DNA of 64,000 bases from Chiloscyllium plagiosum. Its lineage: Eukaryota. The stretch spans positions 11,349,577-11,413,576 of the forward strand of contig NC_057735.1 of NCBI RefSeq assembly GCF_004010195.1, written 5' to 3'. Position numbers and translations under genes: made by a program. Below are positions 1-13,178 of this stretch, piece by piece. Below the pieces are notes generated by a model. That model saw only the letters and a list, made by a program, of their open reading frames with translations, did no database searches and was not told the DNA's origin. Each line of letters starts with the position of its first letter. The stretch's first letter is position 1.

Positions 1-370
1 GTGCAGCAGGTCAGGCAGCATCTAGGGAACGGGAGAATCGACGTTTCGGGCATTAGCCCTTCTTCAGGAATGAGGAAAGTTGGTCCAGCAGGCTAAGATA
101 AAAGATAGGGAGTTGGGACTTGGGGGAGGGGCGTCGGAAATGTGAAAGAGGTCAAGGTGAGGGTGATAGGTCAGACCCTCACCTTGACCTCTTTCCACCT
201 ATCACATTTCCAACGCCCCTCCCCCAAGTCCCTCCTCCCTATCTTTTATCTTAGCCTGCTGGACCAACTTTCCTCATTCCTGAAGAAGGGCTAATGCCCG
301 AAACGTCGATTCTCCTGTTCCCTAGATGCTGCCTGACCTGCTGCGCTTTTCCAGCAACACATTTCCATCT
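1..370. mobile_element. Fold-back (inverted) pair of Penelope-like element 3' termini
   Basis: Positions 1-~170 are the near-perfect reverse complement of ~175-347. The arm sequence matches the ends of the GIY-YIG-bearing fragments at 8600-8790 and 37460-37720. Confidence 0.75.
275..312 (+). ncRNA. Minimal hammerhead ribozyme-like motif
   Basis: CTGAAGA(280-286)-A-GGGC-TAAT-GCCC-GAAA(300-303)-CGTC. This is the CUGANGA core, stem II, GAAA and a GUC triplet. Stem I is weak. A mirror copy is on the minus strand at 40-67. Confidence 0.6.
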
Positions 371-824
371 CATTTACTGTAATACAGTCAAGCTTCACAC
401 TCCTGCTCCCAAATGTATGTTCCCTGTTGAGGTCTCATATGTCTGTGTTGGACATGTTCACAACTCTAGACCCATCAACTTCAAGTCGTCTTAGAGCATG
501 ATATTGGATGCCATAATCGAGCCTGTCCTCATAGATTCTAACTTGGTAAGGGCATGGAATGCCCTACCTGCCAATGTAGTTAACTCAGCAGCATTAGGGA
601 GATTTAAACAATCTTTGGATAAGCATATGAACAATGAGGTAGCGACAATGAGGAAGGACAATGAAGGAGACAGCCAGTATGAATGAAGGAGAGGAAAGCC
701 AACAAGGTCATGGAAAAATAATGTGGAACTCAAAAGAGAAGGGTATATCAATGTTAATGTACTTTTGTTTCTGTGATGCGTAAAATATAATGTTTTAAAG
801 TTTACTATGTTTTCACATTTACAG

Positions 825-1160
825 TTACGCACGCTTCAATTAGTGGACCAGGAGATAAAAGTGGACACGTGGGAGCATCTGTCACAATCCAATGCAGTTT
901 TGACACATATTTTCAGAATTATCAGAAGTACTGGTGCAAAGGCTACTACAAGAGAAGCTGTACTGTTTTAGTACAAACTAATGGCCCTGAAAAGAAAAGT
1001 CATGATGGCAGAATAAAAATTACAGCTGATAATGCAAAAGGACAACTTACAGTACATATGGACCAGATAACGAAAAGTGATAAAGGATGGTACTGGTGTG
1101 GAATAGAGAGACCTAACCTTCTGGATCCATTAACTCCCATACAACTTAAAGTTCTTGAAG
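825..1160 (+). CDS. Gene 1 exon: Ig V-set domain of a CD300/pIgR-like (CMRF35-like/MDIR-like) receptor
   Basis: Acceptor tttcacatttacag|825 and donor GAAG|gtaagg at 1160/1161; 336 nt, phase 1-1. Translation (V)THASISGPGDKSGHVGASVTIQC...KYWCKGYYKRSC...DKGWYWCG...LKVLE shows the B/F cysteines, the DxGxYxC motif and the extra C-x7-C pair typical of CD300/pIgR/TREM domains. Confidence 0.93.
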
Positions 1161-1550
1161 GTAAGGCACAAATATGTGTTTATTTGCTGCACATTCAATG
1201 ACATATTTTTGTTCAGTGTAGGTTTATATAATTTGATGTATAAATTTGTTACATATTTTGCAAAATCTCTGCGATCCTGATTTATCAGTAAAGTTTTAGA
1301 ATTATAGTTTGGTTAAGAGTCAAATAGGACAACATTACAAAACCATGTACTGCGTTTTGATCGTTCTCATCAAAATTTCATTCACTGTACATGTACCTTG
1401 GCACAGATAACGTGAAGCTAATGAATGACCAAATAATACTTTTATACATCATTTTGAACAGGTCGAAAGGATTATACTAAGGACAAGGAAAGACTAAGGT
1501 AAATGACCAATTTATTTGAGCAGTGCATCTTGTAGATGGTACAAATAAAA

Positions 1551-1720
1551 AAACAGAAATTGCTGGAGAAACTCAGCAGATCTGGCAGCATCTGTGGAGA
1601 GAAAGCATAGTTAATGCTCAGACCTGAAACATTAGCTCTATTTTCTGTCCATAGATGCTGCCAGACCAGCTGAGTTTCTCCAGCAATTTCCATTTTAGCT
1701 TGTTTCAGACCTCCAGCATC
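1551..1720. repeat. Short fold-back repeat (PLE-terminus derived)
   Basis: Arms gctggagaaactcagcagatctggcagcatc and gatgctgccagaccagctgagtttctccagc. Related full or half copies at 5025-5120, 13970-14070, 23375-23470, 35420-35520, 41400-41470 and 43525-43645. Confidence 0.7.
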
Positions 1721-2543
1721 CATAGTTATTTAGCATGTTGCAAGTGGTATACTCTACTGCCAATATGCACTAGTTGTGGAGGGAGGGAATCATTGAGGTT
1801 ATGGATGAGGTGCCAGTATGCAAGCTGTTTTCTCCTAGATGTGTCGAGACACTGGTGTATTACTTGTGAGATCTGCACCTTTCTAGGCAAATGAGTAATA
1901 TTCCATCATACTCCTGACTGGTGCCTTGTCCAGGTTAGGTTCTGATCAATGGTAATGCCAAGGAATGATGATAAAATTGATGATACACAAATAGAAGAGA
2001 TCCCATTTCCAGCAGTTTGAGTTAAATTCATGCACAGCTTCATTAAGGAAAAGACAGTTTTTGTCACTGAACAAAAATCTCTCTGTCCTATAGAATTCCA
2101 TTGTGTTACATACAGCAATAATGCCTCAGTAATATGTAAGGTAGATTTTAGGTGGTTTTGTGTGCAATGCTGGTTTCAGTATCAATATAATTATGTATGT
2201 GTGAGATTAACCATTTTTTCTAGACAGTTTTCTGTTATGTATAGGGTGTAGCAAAGAAAGTGAAATTATGTCTCTTTTCTGTCATAATTTTACAGTTAAT
2301 TCTACTTCTAAGTTTAGATCTAAATGGAGACAGATGTGACGCCGTACAGAAGAAGGTCACTTGGCCTATTGTTTTTATGTTGTTGACAACTGGTTTTTAT
2401 CCAACTATCTACACAGTTGCCTCTTTACAATTCTGCATTTCTGATAAAGAACATTGTGTATATATTAGAAATGAAAATAATAAATTGGAATTCAATGTGC
2501 AGTGCCAATCCAAGTTTTCAATATGTGCTTCGAATAAACAAAG

Positions 2544-2607
2544 CTCTTTGCCAGGAGCATGAATTCATTAGAACTATCCCCATTACTACCAGCAACTCAG
2601 GAGAGAG
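2544..2607 (+). CDS. Gene 1 candidate stalk exon (ALCQEHEFIRTIPITTSNSGER)
   Basis: A phase 1-to-2 exon is needed between the IgV and TM exons. This 64-nt segment is open, Thr/Ser-rich, ends GAGAG|gtaaag and starts CTCTT like the gene 2 stalk. The acceptor (aaacaaag) is weak and the donor abuts a SINE end. Confidence 0.4.
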
Positions 2608-5341
2608 GTAAAGTCACCATTGCCTACTACTCAGTCATTAGAAACAGACAGCTGGTGGTGGTTTAACCTGAGGATCACTTTCCCTCAGACAGAGGGAGAT
2701 AGTGAGAAGGAAAGTCCTTCATGGCAGCCTCAGCCAATGACAGGAATTGAACCCATGCTATTGACATCACTACATTGAAAGACTAGCTGTCCAGTCAGCT
2801 GAGCTAAACCAAACAGCATTCCCTAGGACTAAGCAGCAATATGATTTAACCCATTACAATATCCTCAAATAAGCGCCACTGCATCAAACTAAGTTTGCAT
2901 TTAAATAGCATCTCTAAAGTAACAAAGTGTCCCAACATCCTTTGAGTCAACATTATCAACCTAAATGTGACTTTGAGGAACATAAAAAAGATATTAGCAG
3001 AGATGACCAGGAGTTTAGTCAGAGATATAAATTTTAGAACACATCTTAAAGAAGAAAAGAGAGGTAACAAAGTGAAGAATGCTGAAGAGGGAATTCCTGA
3101 GCTTATAGTCTAGGCATCTGAAGGTATGGTCATCAACACTGCAACAACTGAAATTGGAGACCCTCAGCAGCCAGATTATAAAGAATGTAAATACCTTGGA
3201 AGAGATATTGCAGAGATATAAAGGTATGATACTATAGAAAGAGTTGAAAATGAGGATGAGTATTTAAAAAGAAACCAGCAAAATAACTTACAGAATTACA
3301 TATCTTAAAAGTACATTGTTAAGCAATATCTGCTACAATTTTAATTAGGAGCGTTAAGGAAATGTAGCCTTCCCACTGTACTTTTAATTCAGCATTTTCG
3401 AAGTCAACCAAACTCTAGAACTGAAAATAAACCGTTTTCCAAAAAACATTTATAATATTCACCATAACTCTCCTTAACAACAGTTTGAAATGGGAAGATA
3501 ATTTTGTGGTTTAACAGATATGTGTTGATCTCGTATATTCCCCTGGGTTGCTAAGCGATCTAACACTTATGTAATCAATGCTTTCCTCTGCATGGTCTGG
3601 GAGTAACCGCATGTACCTGCCAACTGTGATTCACTGCTATTCTGTTTGTACAATGGTTAAGCGACAAAGTAATATAACTTAAAGCTCTTAATTGTCTTAC
3701 AAATACAGAAGAAAGTCCGTACTGGGGCTTGCCTGATACTTACCAGAATTAGTTATGTACTGTTCAGTAAATGTACTGTTAGTTTAAATAGTCTGCAAAT
3801 TATGTTATGTAGCCTGGGATTGAGTTGAGGGACATGGGATTTGCTAGACAAAAGAAAAGCGAGATTCACCACTCTCTACATTTTGACAATCGCACACTGT
3901 AATGGTAATGGAGTTACTGAGCAGTTCTAGCATTCAATCTCCATTAGTTACCACTGGTGATGATGAGTGGCAAATCCCAAAGTATTGGGATATTTAACCC
4001 TTCCCTTTGAGTTAATGTCAGAAAAGTTAATGATGAGAGCTGCTTAGTAATGCTGCATTTTCCAAACATTACTGAAAACAAACTATTTGTAAAATAGAGG
4101 GATTTATTTTCATTGATGTGATTCAGTTTTGTACACACTGAATGATGGGACCAAAAATACACATAAATTTTGGTACATTAAAATTTTTTTATGAAAAGAG
4201 TCATGCTGTTTGTCTGAGAATAGACTGGCACGAATTTTAATTCATTAGTCATCAGGAAATAATGCAACATAATTAGAATTTTTAAAAATAGGAGTCAAGC
4301 GGAAGTAGCAGAAAGGCTGATGGCAGGAATGTTCAACAAGACAAATAGTAGTTTAATGATTTTTACAAATTGGCATTCATAACAACAACATTTTATATTG
4401 ATGTAGCACCTTTAATGTAGTAAAGTTGCCATAGTCCCAAAGGACCAGAGGTCTGTTCTCTCGTCAGAGATGACTGATGGTGGTTTAACCTGAGGAGCAC
4501 CATGGCTCAGGCAAGGGGAGAGATTGAGAATGAGGAGCTTTTATGGTCCCTCATGTGGTATGTAAAATATTTCCAGGCATTTAAGAGGAGTATTATCAGA
4601 TAAAATGTGACGGAGCCATAGATTGAGATACAAGGCATTATTCATGTATATTATGTGGGTGCAGCTATTTGGACCAGAATTTATTGCCCATCCCTCGTTG
4701 TCTTAAAGAAGATAGGGGTGAGCTGCCTTCTTGAACCACTGCAGTTCATGTGCTGTATGAGACCCACAATGTCCATATGGAGGGGATTCCAGATTTTGAC
4801 CCAGCAACAATGAAGGAAAATGAATGCCTCAGAGGGGAATTATGAAATATAGATTACGTGGCAATCTGAAGGTGAAGAGCAGTAGAGTTACAGAGAATTT
4901 TAATATTAAAGCTAAGCTCAATGTTATATTACCAAAGTTAGTTCTAGTGTTAATTACAATTAAGATACTTATTTCACCGGACACAAAGTAAAATAATTCT
5001 AAGAATTAAATAATGACAAAATTGAAATAGAAAATGCTGGGAAACACTTAGCAGGTCAGGAAAAAATCAATGGAAAGAGAAACAGAATTAATCTTTCAGG
5101 TGATTGAGCTTTCATCAGTTGAAATAACAACAATCAGTTGTTAAACTGAAATAGTTGAACTATTAATACAGTGACATTAGATAATAGTCCACTCCATAAC
5201 CCTTTGATATCATCTGAAAGATTTAGCAGGTATTGAAAAATGTTGCACTGTTCTACATTATTATCTGTTATGGTATATGTGTGGATGATTACATTTGTCC
5301 TTAAACTCATATCATTTCTCTCTGCTTTTACACAAACCAAG

Positions 5342-5442
5342 ACTTTTCCTAACGTTGGGAATAATCTTTGGAATTCTGATGGTAATGTTTCTTGGACTTG
5401 TGATCCTAATTGTCAAAAAAATAAGGAAATACAAAGCTGATG
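5342..5442 (+). CDS. Gene 1 transmembrane exon (LFLTLGIIFGILMVMFLGLVILIV-KKIRKYKAD)
   Basis: Pyrimidine tract and aag acceptor at 5341; 24 uncharged hydrophobic residues followed by a basic stop-transfer patch; strong donor GATG|gtaagt; phase 2-1. This frame is not in the ORF track. Confidence 0.88.
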
Positions 5443-6384
5443 GTAAGTGCTAAAATAAAAATCAATTTCCATACAAAATAAACTTGTCTCTCAAACAAAC
5501 TAAGCAAAAAAAAGTCCTGATGTGGAACAAATTTTAATAATTGTGTCTTGATTTACTATTGAGATCATACCTACATCTGCACTTCAATAGAACGTGCATT
5601 TTTGTCAGGACAGAAATCTCCTTGTATTTACACTTCAACCTGGCACCAAGTTCAGTGAAATACAGAGCCAAAAATGACGGTACTTCCTTTATCTCTTTGG
5701 AAGAATAGGAACTCTGTTGCAGCGCCCATTCACTACAATATAATGGTGACAGGATTGCCAGTAACATTGTGGCAATTTGTATGTAGTGCATAGCAACATG
5801 TTTTGTTTCTTGCTGATAATTCTAAAGTGTTTGGGAGTCATTTTAGCAACACAAGAGGTGATTTTATTTCTTAATTAAAAGGACCACTTGTTTGTATTTT
5901 CTTTATTTGTTGTGAGCTGGGAAGCAAAGCCATGGTCCAGTTTGGTACTGGATGAAGAACTGGAACAATTATAATTTCTCAAACAAGTATGAAAAGCCAG
6001 ATGTATGAATGAGCTATCAAATGACCCTTTTGTAAATAGAACTATCATTATTGAGTCAGCTGATAATAATCACATGCAGAATTGCAATTAAATTATCCAA
6101 TTGTTATAGTATTGAGTTAGATTCATTTAGAATATTCCTCAATCTCAAAGATGTATAGAAAATGAAAAGAGATTCTGTTTCTACAGCATTCTCAGAACAT
6201 CCTGAGAAACTTCACAACCATTGAATTGCATATAAAATGTTGTTATTGTAGTTAAGTAGGCCCAGGTATGCAGCAATGTCCTGCAAACTGCAAATTAAAC
6301 AAATGACCAGCTAACGGCGATAATTATTAAAGAAGTCAGCTCACAAATGTAAATCACACATAGCGGTCATTTGTTGATGACACA

Positions 6385-6610
6385 AAGTGCTGGAAAAACT
6401 CAGCAGATCTGGACCTATTTGTGGAGAAAGAACCAGAGTTAACAATTTGAGTCCAATAAGATTCTTCATCAGAACTCAAATCGTTACAAGGAAGAGTCAT
6501 GCCAGACTCGAAACATTAACTCTGTTTCTCTCTACATGGATACTTTCCAGACCTACTGAGTTTCTCTAGCACTTTCCGATGGTATTTCAGATGTCTAGCA
6601 TTTGCAGTGG
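6385..6610. repeat. Short fold-back repeat with two degenerate hammerhead cores
   Basis: Inverted arms. The minus strand has GAGTT-CTGATGA...AACTC and the plus strand has GAGTC-atgcca-GACTC-GAAA. Confidence 0.65.
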
Positions 6611-6799
6611 TCTGCTTCTATATTAATGTATTGACAGCACTATGTTGCCGTGGGACAGCCTTTGAGTTTAATTATTTAATGCTCCAGGTGAAGATTTGGA
6701 CTGGTGCAATGCGCAATCTAAAGGTTTGCAGTTGGTTAAAGAGAAATTATGTTCTGTCAAATATTTTTCCAACCATCGGAAAGGCTTTAATAAAAAAAA

Positions 6800-7790
6800 G
6801 TATCTTAATTCTTGTACAGGGGGACAACATGAGCAACCCTCCAGTCCTCTGGCACCTCACCTGTATTTAAGGATCCCCCAAAGATGTCTGTCAGGGCCCC
6901 AGCTATTTCCTCTCTCACCTCCCTCAGCAGTCTGCGATAGATCCCATCCAGTCCTGGGGATTTGTCCACCTTAATAACGTCTCGCATACCCAACACATCT
7001 TCCCTACTTATGCCAACGTGATCCAGACTAATCAAACTTGTATCTCTAATTTCAACATTCATCATGTTCCTCTCCTCAATGAACACTGATGCAAAGTAAT
7101 CATTCAGAATCTCACCCATTCTCTCAGGTTCGACACACAGCCTTCCTTTGTTATCCTTTAGTGGAGCAATCCTTTCTCTAGTAACCCGCTTGCTTCTTAT
7201 ATAAGAATAAAATGCTTTGGGATTCTCCTTAATTCTGCTCGCTAAAGCTATTTCATGACCCCTTTTAGCCCGTTTGATTCCTCATTTAAGACTTGTCCTA
7301 CTCTTTTGATATTCCAGGTAAAAACAATGACTGCAGATGCTGGAAACCAGATTCTGGATTAGTGGTGCTGGAAGAGCACAGCAGTTCAGGCAGCATCCAA
7401 GGAGCTTTGAAATCTTTTAAACAACCTGTTCAGACACACTTCTGGAGCAGGTGGGAAGCTCCTTGGATGCTGCCTGAACTGCTGTGCTCTTCCAGCACCA
7501 CGAATCCAGAATCTTCTGATATTTCTCCAGGGCCCATTCTGTTCTTAGCTGATTAGACCTTATGTATGCTTGCCTTTTCCTTTTTGCTAGTCGTATGACT
7601 TCTTCTGTCATCCAAAGTTCACGAATCTTGCCTTTCCTATCCTTTGCCTTCAACGGGACATGCCTATCTTGCACTATCTTTAACCTATCTTTGAAAGCCT
7701 CCCATATATCAAATGTGGACTTCCCTTCAAATAGCTGTGTCCAATCCACATTTCCCAGTTCCTGCCTAATTTTGATATAATTGGCCTTGG
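6800..7790 (-). mobile_element. CR1 LINE ORF2 fragment
   Basis: ORFs 7417-7749 and 6805-7119: MGEILNDYFASVF...DKSPGLDGIY...GEVPEDWRVAHVVPLYK. Confidence 0.88.
7318..7512. repeat. Short fold-back repeat nested in a CR1
   Basis: gtggtgctggaagagcacagcagttcaggcagcatccaaggagc and its reverse complement. The arm matches the terminus of the PLE at 56145-56200. Confidence 0.75.
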
Positions 7791-8599
7791 CCTAGTTTGA
7801 TACTCTTCCCTTAGGACCATTCTCATCTTTGATTATGAAATGTGGAAATGTTTCTTATTGCAGGACTTTTACTTTGATTCTGAAGTGGTGATGGTGCTGT
7901 GAACTGTTACCGAATTGGCCACATGAATACCCCACAGACATTCTTTGCACTTGTGAGTCTGTTTAAAGTCACATCTTGTGCAACCTAACATGGCCAATGA
8001 TGTTGATTCCCACTCTTTTGACATTTTGACACTATCTTCCATACAGGATGAATCACTGATGTTTCCTCTCAGTATTAGATAACTTTGGTTTCTGCCTGCA
8101 TTGCAAATTGGATTGTTTGTTTTAATCTTAAATCCTTCTTGGAATAAAGAAACTCTGATCATTTCTCTTTCCTGACACCAACTACTATATTGTCTCTAAT
8201 TAATCTATCTTTCAAAATCCTGTTTACATAACATCTTTCCAAAATGTATAAATCTGTTATAAGGTTCCTACTGATTCTCCCAAACATTGAAATCACTGAT
8301 TAATTTTCTTCAGTCCCATCGTTTTTTGTGTGGGAAAAGTACACATAAATGCTTTAATGAATGCATCAAATTGGGTAGTGCTTTTCTTACGCCATATAAA
8401 AATATGGTAACCTTTTGGCATTACTGCGTTGTGTGTAAGACTGAAGCCCAGTCTATTGCACAGAAGCTGTTGCTTCAAGAGGACCCACTTCAGGCCTGCG
8501 TGTTTTCCATGTTACCAAATAGCCAAGGTAATAGAAAGCTCTCTATCAGAGCTGTCATCCCTACCTACTGTTATAGTTGACTCACCTCGGTGAACGAGA

Positions 8600-9150
8600 A
8601 GGAGAATCGACGTTTCGGGCATAAGCCCTTCTTCAGGAATGAGGAGGGTGTGCCAAGCAGGCTAAGATAAAAGGTAGGGAGGAGGGACTTGGGGGAGGGG
8701 CGTTGGGAATGCGATAGGTGGAAGGAGGTTAAGGTGAGGGTGATAGGCCGGAGAGGGGGTGGGGGCAGAGAGGTCGGGAAGAAGATTGCAGGTCAAATGG
8801 TCTGGCGATGGAGGAGTCCAAGGACCTGCATGTCCTTGGTGGAGTGGGAGGGGGAGTTAAAGTGTTTAGCCACGGGGCGGTTGGGTTGGTTGGTGCGGAT
8901 GTCCCAGAGGTGTTCTCTGAAACGTTCTGCAAGTTGGCGGCCTGTCTTCCCAATGTAGAGGAGGCCACATCGGGTGCAGCGGATGCATTAAATGATGTGT
9001 GAGGAGGTGCAGGTGAATTTCTGATGGATATTGAAGGATCCCTTGGGGCCTTGGAGGGAAGTGAGGGAGGAGGTGTGGGCCCAAGTTTTGCATTTTTTGC
9101 GGTTGCAGGGGAAGGTGCCGGGAGTGGAGGTTGGGTTGGTGGGGGGTGTG
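8600..9150 (-). mobile_element. Penelope-like element 3' fragment (GIY-YIG endonuclease remnant plus hammerhead-bearing terminus)
   Basis: The minus strand encodes ...CTRCGLLYIGKTGRQLAERFREH...HFNSPSH...MQVLGL, a GIY-YIG domain. Intact CTGAAGAAGGGCTTATGCCCGAAACGTC at ~8609-8636 (-). Confidence 0.8.
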
Positions 9151-9526
9151 TTATTTAGTTTTACATTAGTGAACAGTGATTAAACAGTGAAGCAATATCA
9201 GGATTTATTATAAAATTCAATACAACTGCCTGACATACTATTTTACCCAGCAACAAGTAACTAATATAAACCAGTTTTACATTCCAGTTTTCTTATATAA
9301 TTAATTATGAAACAACGGTTTAATTTTTTTTCTGCAACTTATGAAGTATGTACTCAATACTTTTCCAAAATTGCCTCACTACTCTCGCCTATCCTAATTT
9401 TTCATCTAATGTTGAATTAGGAAATCAAAAAGAGCAATTCAGTTTTAAGAAGCAGCATTTAATAAAAGTTGAAAATAGTTCTTCCTTCTGTTTTATTCAT
9501 GACTTTTATGTTTGCATTTTTTTTAG

Positions 9527-9582
9527 ATAACAGAGAGAAGGAAACAACAATAGAAAATTCTATCCCAAAGTCAAACTCCGTG
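9527..9582 (+). CDS. Gene 1 cytoplasmic exon (DNREKETTIENSIPKSNSV)
   Basis: Acceptor tttgcattttttttag and donor GTG|gtaagg; 56 nt, phase 1-0, which joins the TM exon to the last exon in frame. Confidence 0.82.
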
Positions 9583-10524
9583 GTAAGGCTGCAACTTGTT
9601 GACAATGCTTTAATACTTGTGTGTTTTAATACTTGTGGAATCCACTGGCCTATGAAGTGATGTATGGACACGATAGTTATGTATTCATCTGAAAGTCCTT
9701 CAAACCAGATCTTTCAGAAGTCACATTTAGAAACATTTCTACACACAGTCTTTGGGAAAAATTTAGAAATCTCAGCCAACAGCAGTTAATGCTAGTTCAA
9801 TAGTTTATATTAAATACGAAATTTTGCTAGATTTTTGTTGACCAAAGGAATAAAAGGAGTGACAGCAATGTTGAGTACACAGGGGAAGTTTGCAGATCTA
9901 GGCCTGAATTTTACACACATTTTACATGGTAGACGAGTGTGGCCCTTGCCCACATAATGGATTTACCAGTATCCTAATGAAGGGCTTTTGCTGAAACATT
10001 GATTTTCCTGCTCCTCGGATGCTGCCTGACCTGCTGTGCTTTTTCAGCACCACTCTGATCTAAACTTTTACCAGTATCAGGGAAGGTACTGCACAAGTTG
10101 CTAGTCCAACAGTTGTTCCCTTATTAAATGAAACATATTGATACATTGGAGGCAATTCAGAGAAGGTTCATGAGGATGATCCCCAGGATGGAGGGATTGT
10201 CTTATGGCTAAACAGCTTGTGACTTCCAGTCACTGGAGTTGAGAAGAATGAGAGGTGATCTCATTGTAACATATGGGATTCTTAAGGGACTTGACATGGT
10301 AAATACTAAGAGAATGATTCCCCTCAGCATAGAATCTCTACAGAGGTGGAGGCCATTCTTCCCATTAAGTCTGCACCTATCCTCCAAAGAGCATCCCACT
10401 CAGATCAACGCCACCCACCCTATCCCTGTACCCTATATTTACCATGGTTATTCCACCTAGCCTGCATATCCCTGGACTCTAGGGCAATTTAGCATGACCA
10501 ATCCACCTAACCAACACATCTTCA

Positions 10525-13178
10525 GTTCTTTACTACAGGCCCCCCAACACATCTTGTGGGCGGCATGGTGGCACAGTGGTTAGCACTGCTGCCTCACAGC
10601 GCCGGAGACCTGGGTTCAATTCCCGCCTCAGGCGACTGACTGTGTGGAGTTTGCATGTTCTCCCCGTGTCTGCGTGGGTTTCCTCCGGGTGCTCCGGTTT
10701 CCTCCCACAGTCCAAAGATGTGCAGGTCAGGTGAATTGGCCATGCTAAATTGCCCGTAGTGTTAGGTAAGGGGTAAATGTAGGGGTATGGGTGGGTTGTG
10801 CTTCGGCGGGTCGTTGTTGGGCCGAAGGGCCTGTTTCCACACTGTAATGTAATGTAATGTAAATGTAATGTAATCTTTACTACAGGCCCCCCAATAGCAG
10901 CAGGGAGATTGAAGAAAGCATAGGTCAGCAGATTTTGGAAAAGTGTGAATGTATTGGGTTTGTTGTAATGGGTGACTTTAACTTTCCCAATATTGATTGG
11001 AACCTCCTTCGAGCAGATGGTTTGGAAGGAGCTGTTTTTGTAAGGTGTGTTCAGGAGGGTTTCCTAACACAGACGTTGACAGGCCGACGAGGGGAGAGGC
11101 CATTTTGNNNNNNNNNNNNNNNNNNNNNNNNNNNNNNNNNNNNNNNNNNNNNNNNNNNNNNNNNNNNNNNNNNNNNNNNNNNNNNNNNNNNNNNNNNNNN
11201 NNNNNNNNNNNNNNNNNNNNNNNNNNNNNNNNNNNNNNNTCAAAAGAAAGAAGGCAGCTTATGTAAGGTGGAGGAAGCAAGGGTCTTGCTCAGCTCTAGA
11301 GGATTACAGGCAGGCAAGGAAGGAGCTCAAAAATGGTCTGAGGAGAGCCAGGAGGGGGCACGAAAAAGGCTTGGCATGAAGGATTAGGAAGAATCCAAAG
11401 GCATTTTACATGTATGTGAGGAATAAGAGAATGATCAAAGAAAGAGTAGCGCCAATCAGGGATAGCATAGGGAACTTGTGTATAGAGTCTGAGGAGGTAG
11501 GGGAAGTCCTAAATGAGTTTTTTGCTTCTATCTTTACTAAAGAAAAGGATCTTGTAGTGAATGAAACCATTGAGGAGCAGGTAAGCATGCTGGAACGGAT
11601 AGAGATTGAGGAAGCTGTTGTGTTGAAAATTTTGACAAGCATTAAGATTGACAAGTCACCAGGGCCAGACCAGATTTGTCTTCGGCTGCTTTGGGAACCG
11701 AGATATGTGATTGCTTCGCTACTTGCGAAGATCTTTGCATCTTTGCTCTCCACCAGAGTTGTACCTGAGGACTGAAGGGATGCAAATGTAATTCCTCTCT
11801 TCAAGAAAGGAAATAGGGAAATCTCCGGCAATTACAGACCAGTCAGTCTCACGCCTGTTGTCTGCAAGGTTTTAGAAAGGATTCTGAGGGATAGGATTTA
11901 TGACCATCTGGAAGAGCATGGCTTGATTAAAGGCAGTCAGCATGGCTTTGTGAGGGGCAGGTCATGCCTCCCAAATCTTATTGAGTTCTTTGAGGATGTT
12001 ACTAGACAGGTTGATGAGGGTCGAGCGGTAGATGTGGTGTATATGGACTTCAGTAAGGCATTCGATAAGATTCCCCATGGTAAGCTCGTTCAGAAGGTCA
12101 GGAGGAATGGGATACAGGGAAATTTAGCTGTCTGAATACAGAATTGACTGGTCGACAGAAGACAGCGAGTGGTAGTGGAAGGAAAATATTCTGCCTTGAA
12201 GTCAGTGGTGAGTGGTGTTCCACAGGGCTCTGTCCTTGGGCCTCTACTGTTTGTAATTTTTATTAATGACTTGGATGAGGGAATTGAAGGATGGGTCAGC
12301 AAGTTTGCAGACAACACAAAGGTTGGAGGTGTCGTTGACAGTATAGAGGGCTGTTGCAGCGGGACATTGACAGGATGCAGAGATGGGCTGAGAGGTGGCA
12401 GATGGAGTTCAACGTGGATAAATGCGAGGTGATGCATTTTGGAAGGTCGTATTTGAAAGCTGAGTACAGGATTAAGGATAGGATTCTTGGCAGTGTGGAG
12501 GAACAGCGGGATCTTGGTGTGCAAGTACATAGATCCCTTAAAATTGCCACCCAAGTGGATAGGGTTATTAGGAAAGCATATGGTGTTTTGGCTTTCATTA
12601 ACAGGGGGATTGAGTTTAAGAGTCATGAGATCTTGTTGCAGCTCTATAAAACTTTGGTTAGACAGCACTTGGAATACTGCGTCCAGTTCTGGTCACCCTA
12701 TTATAGGAAAGATGTGGATGCTTTGGAGAGGGTTCAGAGGAGGTTTACCAGGATGCTGCCTGGACTGGAGGGCTTATCTTACGAAGAGAGGTTGACTGAG
12801 CTCGGACTTTTTTCATTGGAAAAAAGGAAGAGAGGGGACCTAATTGAGCTGTACAAGATAATGAGAGGCATAGATAAACTTCATAGCCAGAAACTTTTTC
12901 CCAGGGCAGAAATTGTCAACACGAGGGGTCATAGCTTTAAGCTGTTTGGTGGAAAGTATAGTGGGGATGTCAGAGGTGGGTTCTTTATGCAGAGAGTTGT
13001 GAGAGCATGGAATGTGTTGCCAGCAGCAGTTGTGGAAGCGAGATCGTTGGGGATATTTAAGAGACTGCTGGACATGCATATGGTCACAGAAATTTGAGGG
13101 TGCATACATGAGGATCAATGGTCGGCACAACATCGTGGGCTGAAGGGCCTGTTCTGTGCTGTACTGTTCTATGTTCTA
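10525..13178 (+). mobile_element. 5'-truncated CR1 LINE (endonuclease remnant, RT, 3' tail), spanning a gap
   Basis: [42 protein letters not shown] and HLEYCVQFWSP motifs with stops and frameshifts; (TGTTCTA)n tail at ~13165-13178. Confidence 0.92.
10558..10874 (+). mobile_element. HE1-type tRNA-derived V-SINE
   Basis: A box TGGCACAGTGG, B box GGTTCAATTCC, central gtgggtttcctccgggtgctccggtttcctcccac domain, CR1-like 3' end and (TGTAA)n tail. Flanked by a duplicated ctttactacaggccccccaa. Confidence 0.9.

Noticed and set aside
825-1160. Rearranging Ig/TCR/NAR V segment (also the D1 and D2 exons)
   Set aside because: Each exon includes its own G strand and ends at a splice donor with no 3' recombination signal; the C-x7-C pair indicates the CD300/pIgR type.
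2296-2345. Alternative gene 1 stalk exon after the strong acceptor at 2295
   Set aside because: The phase-1 frame (VNSTSKFRSKWRQM) reaches TGA with no convincing phase-2 donor.
3709-3752. Alternative gene 1 stalk exon (EESPYWGLPDTYQN)
   Set aside because: Ends in TAG; the possible donors are weak or create a stop on joining the TM exon.
10558-10630. tRNA gene (also 19103-19172)
   Set aside because: The A and B boxes are the head of a SINE and continue into the V-domain and LINE-like tail.
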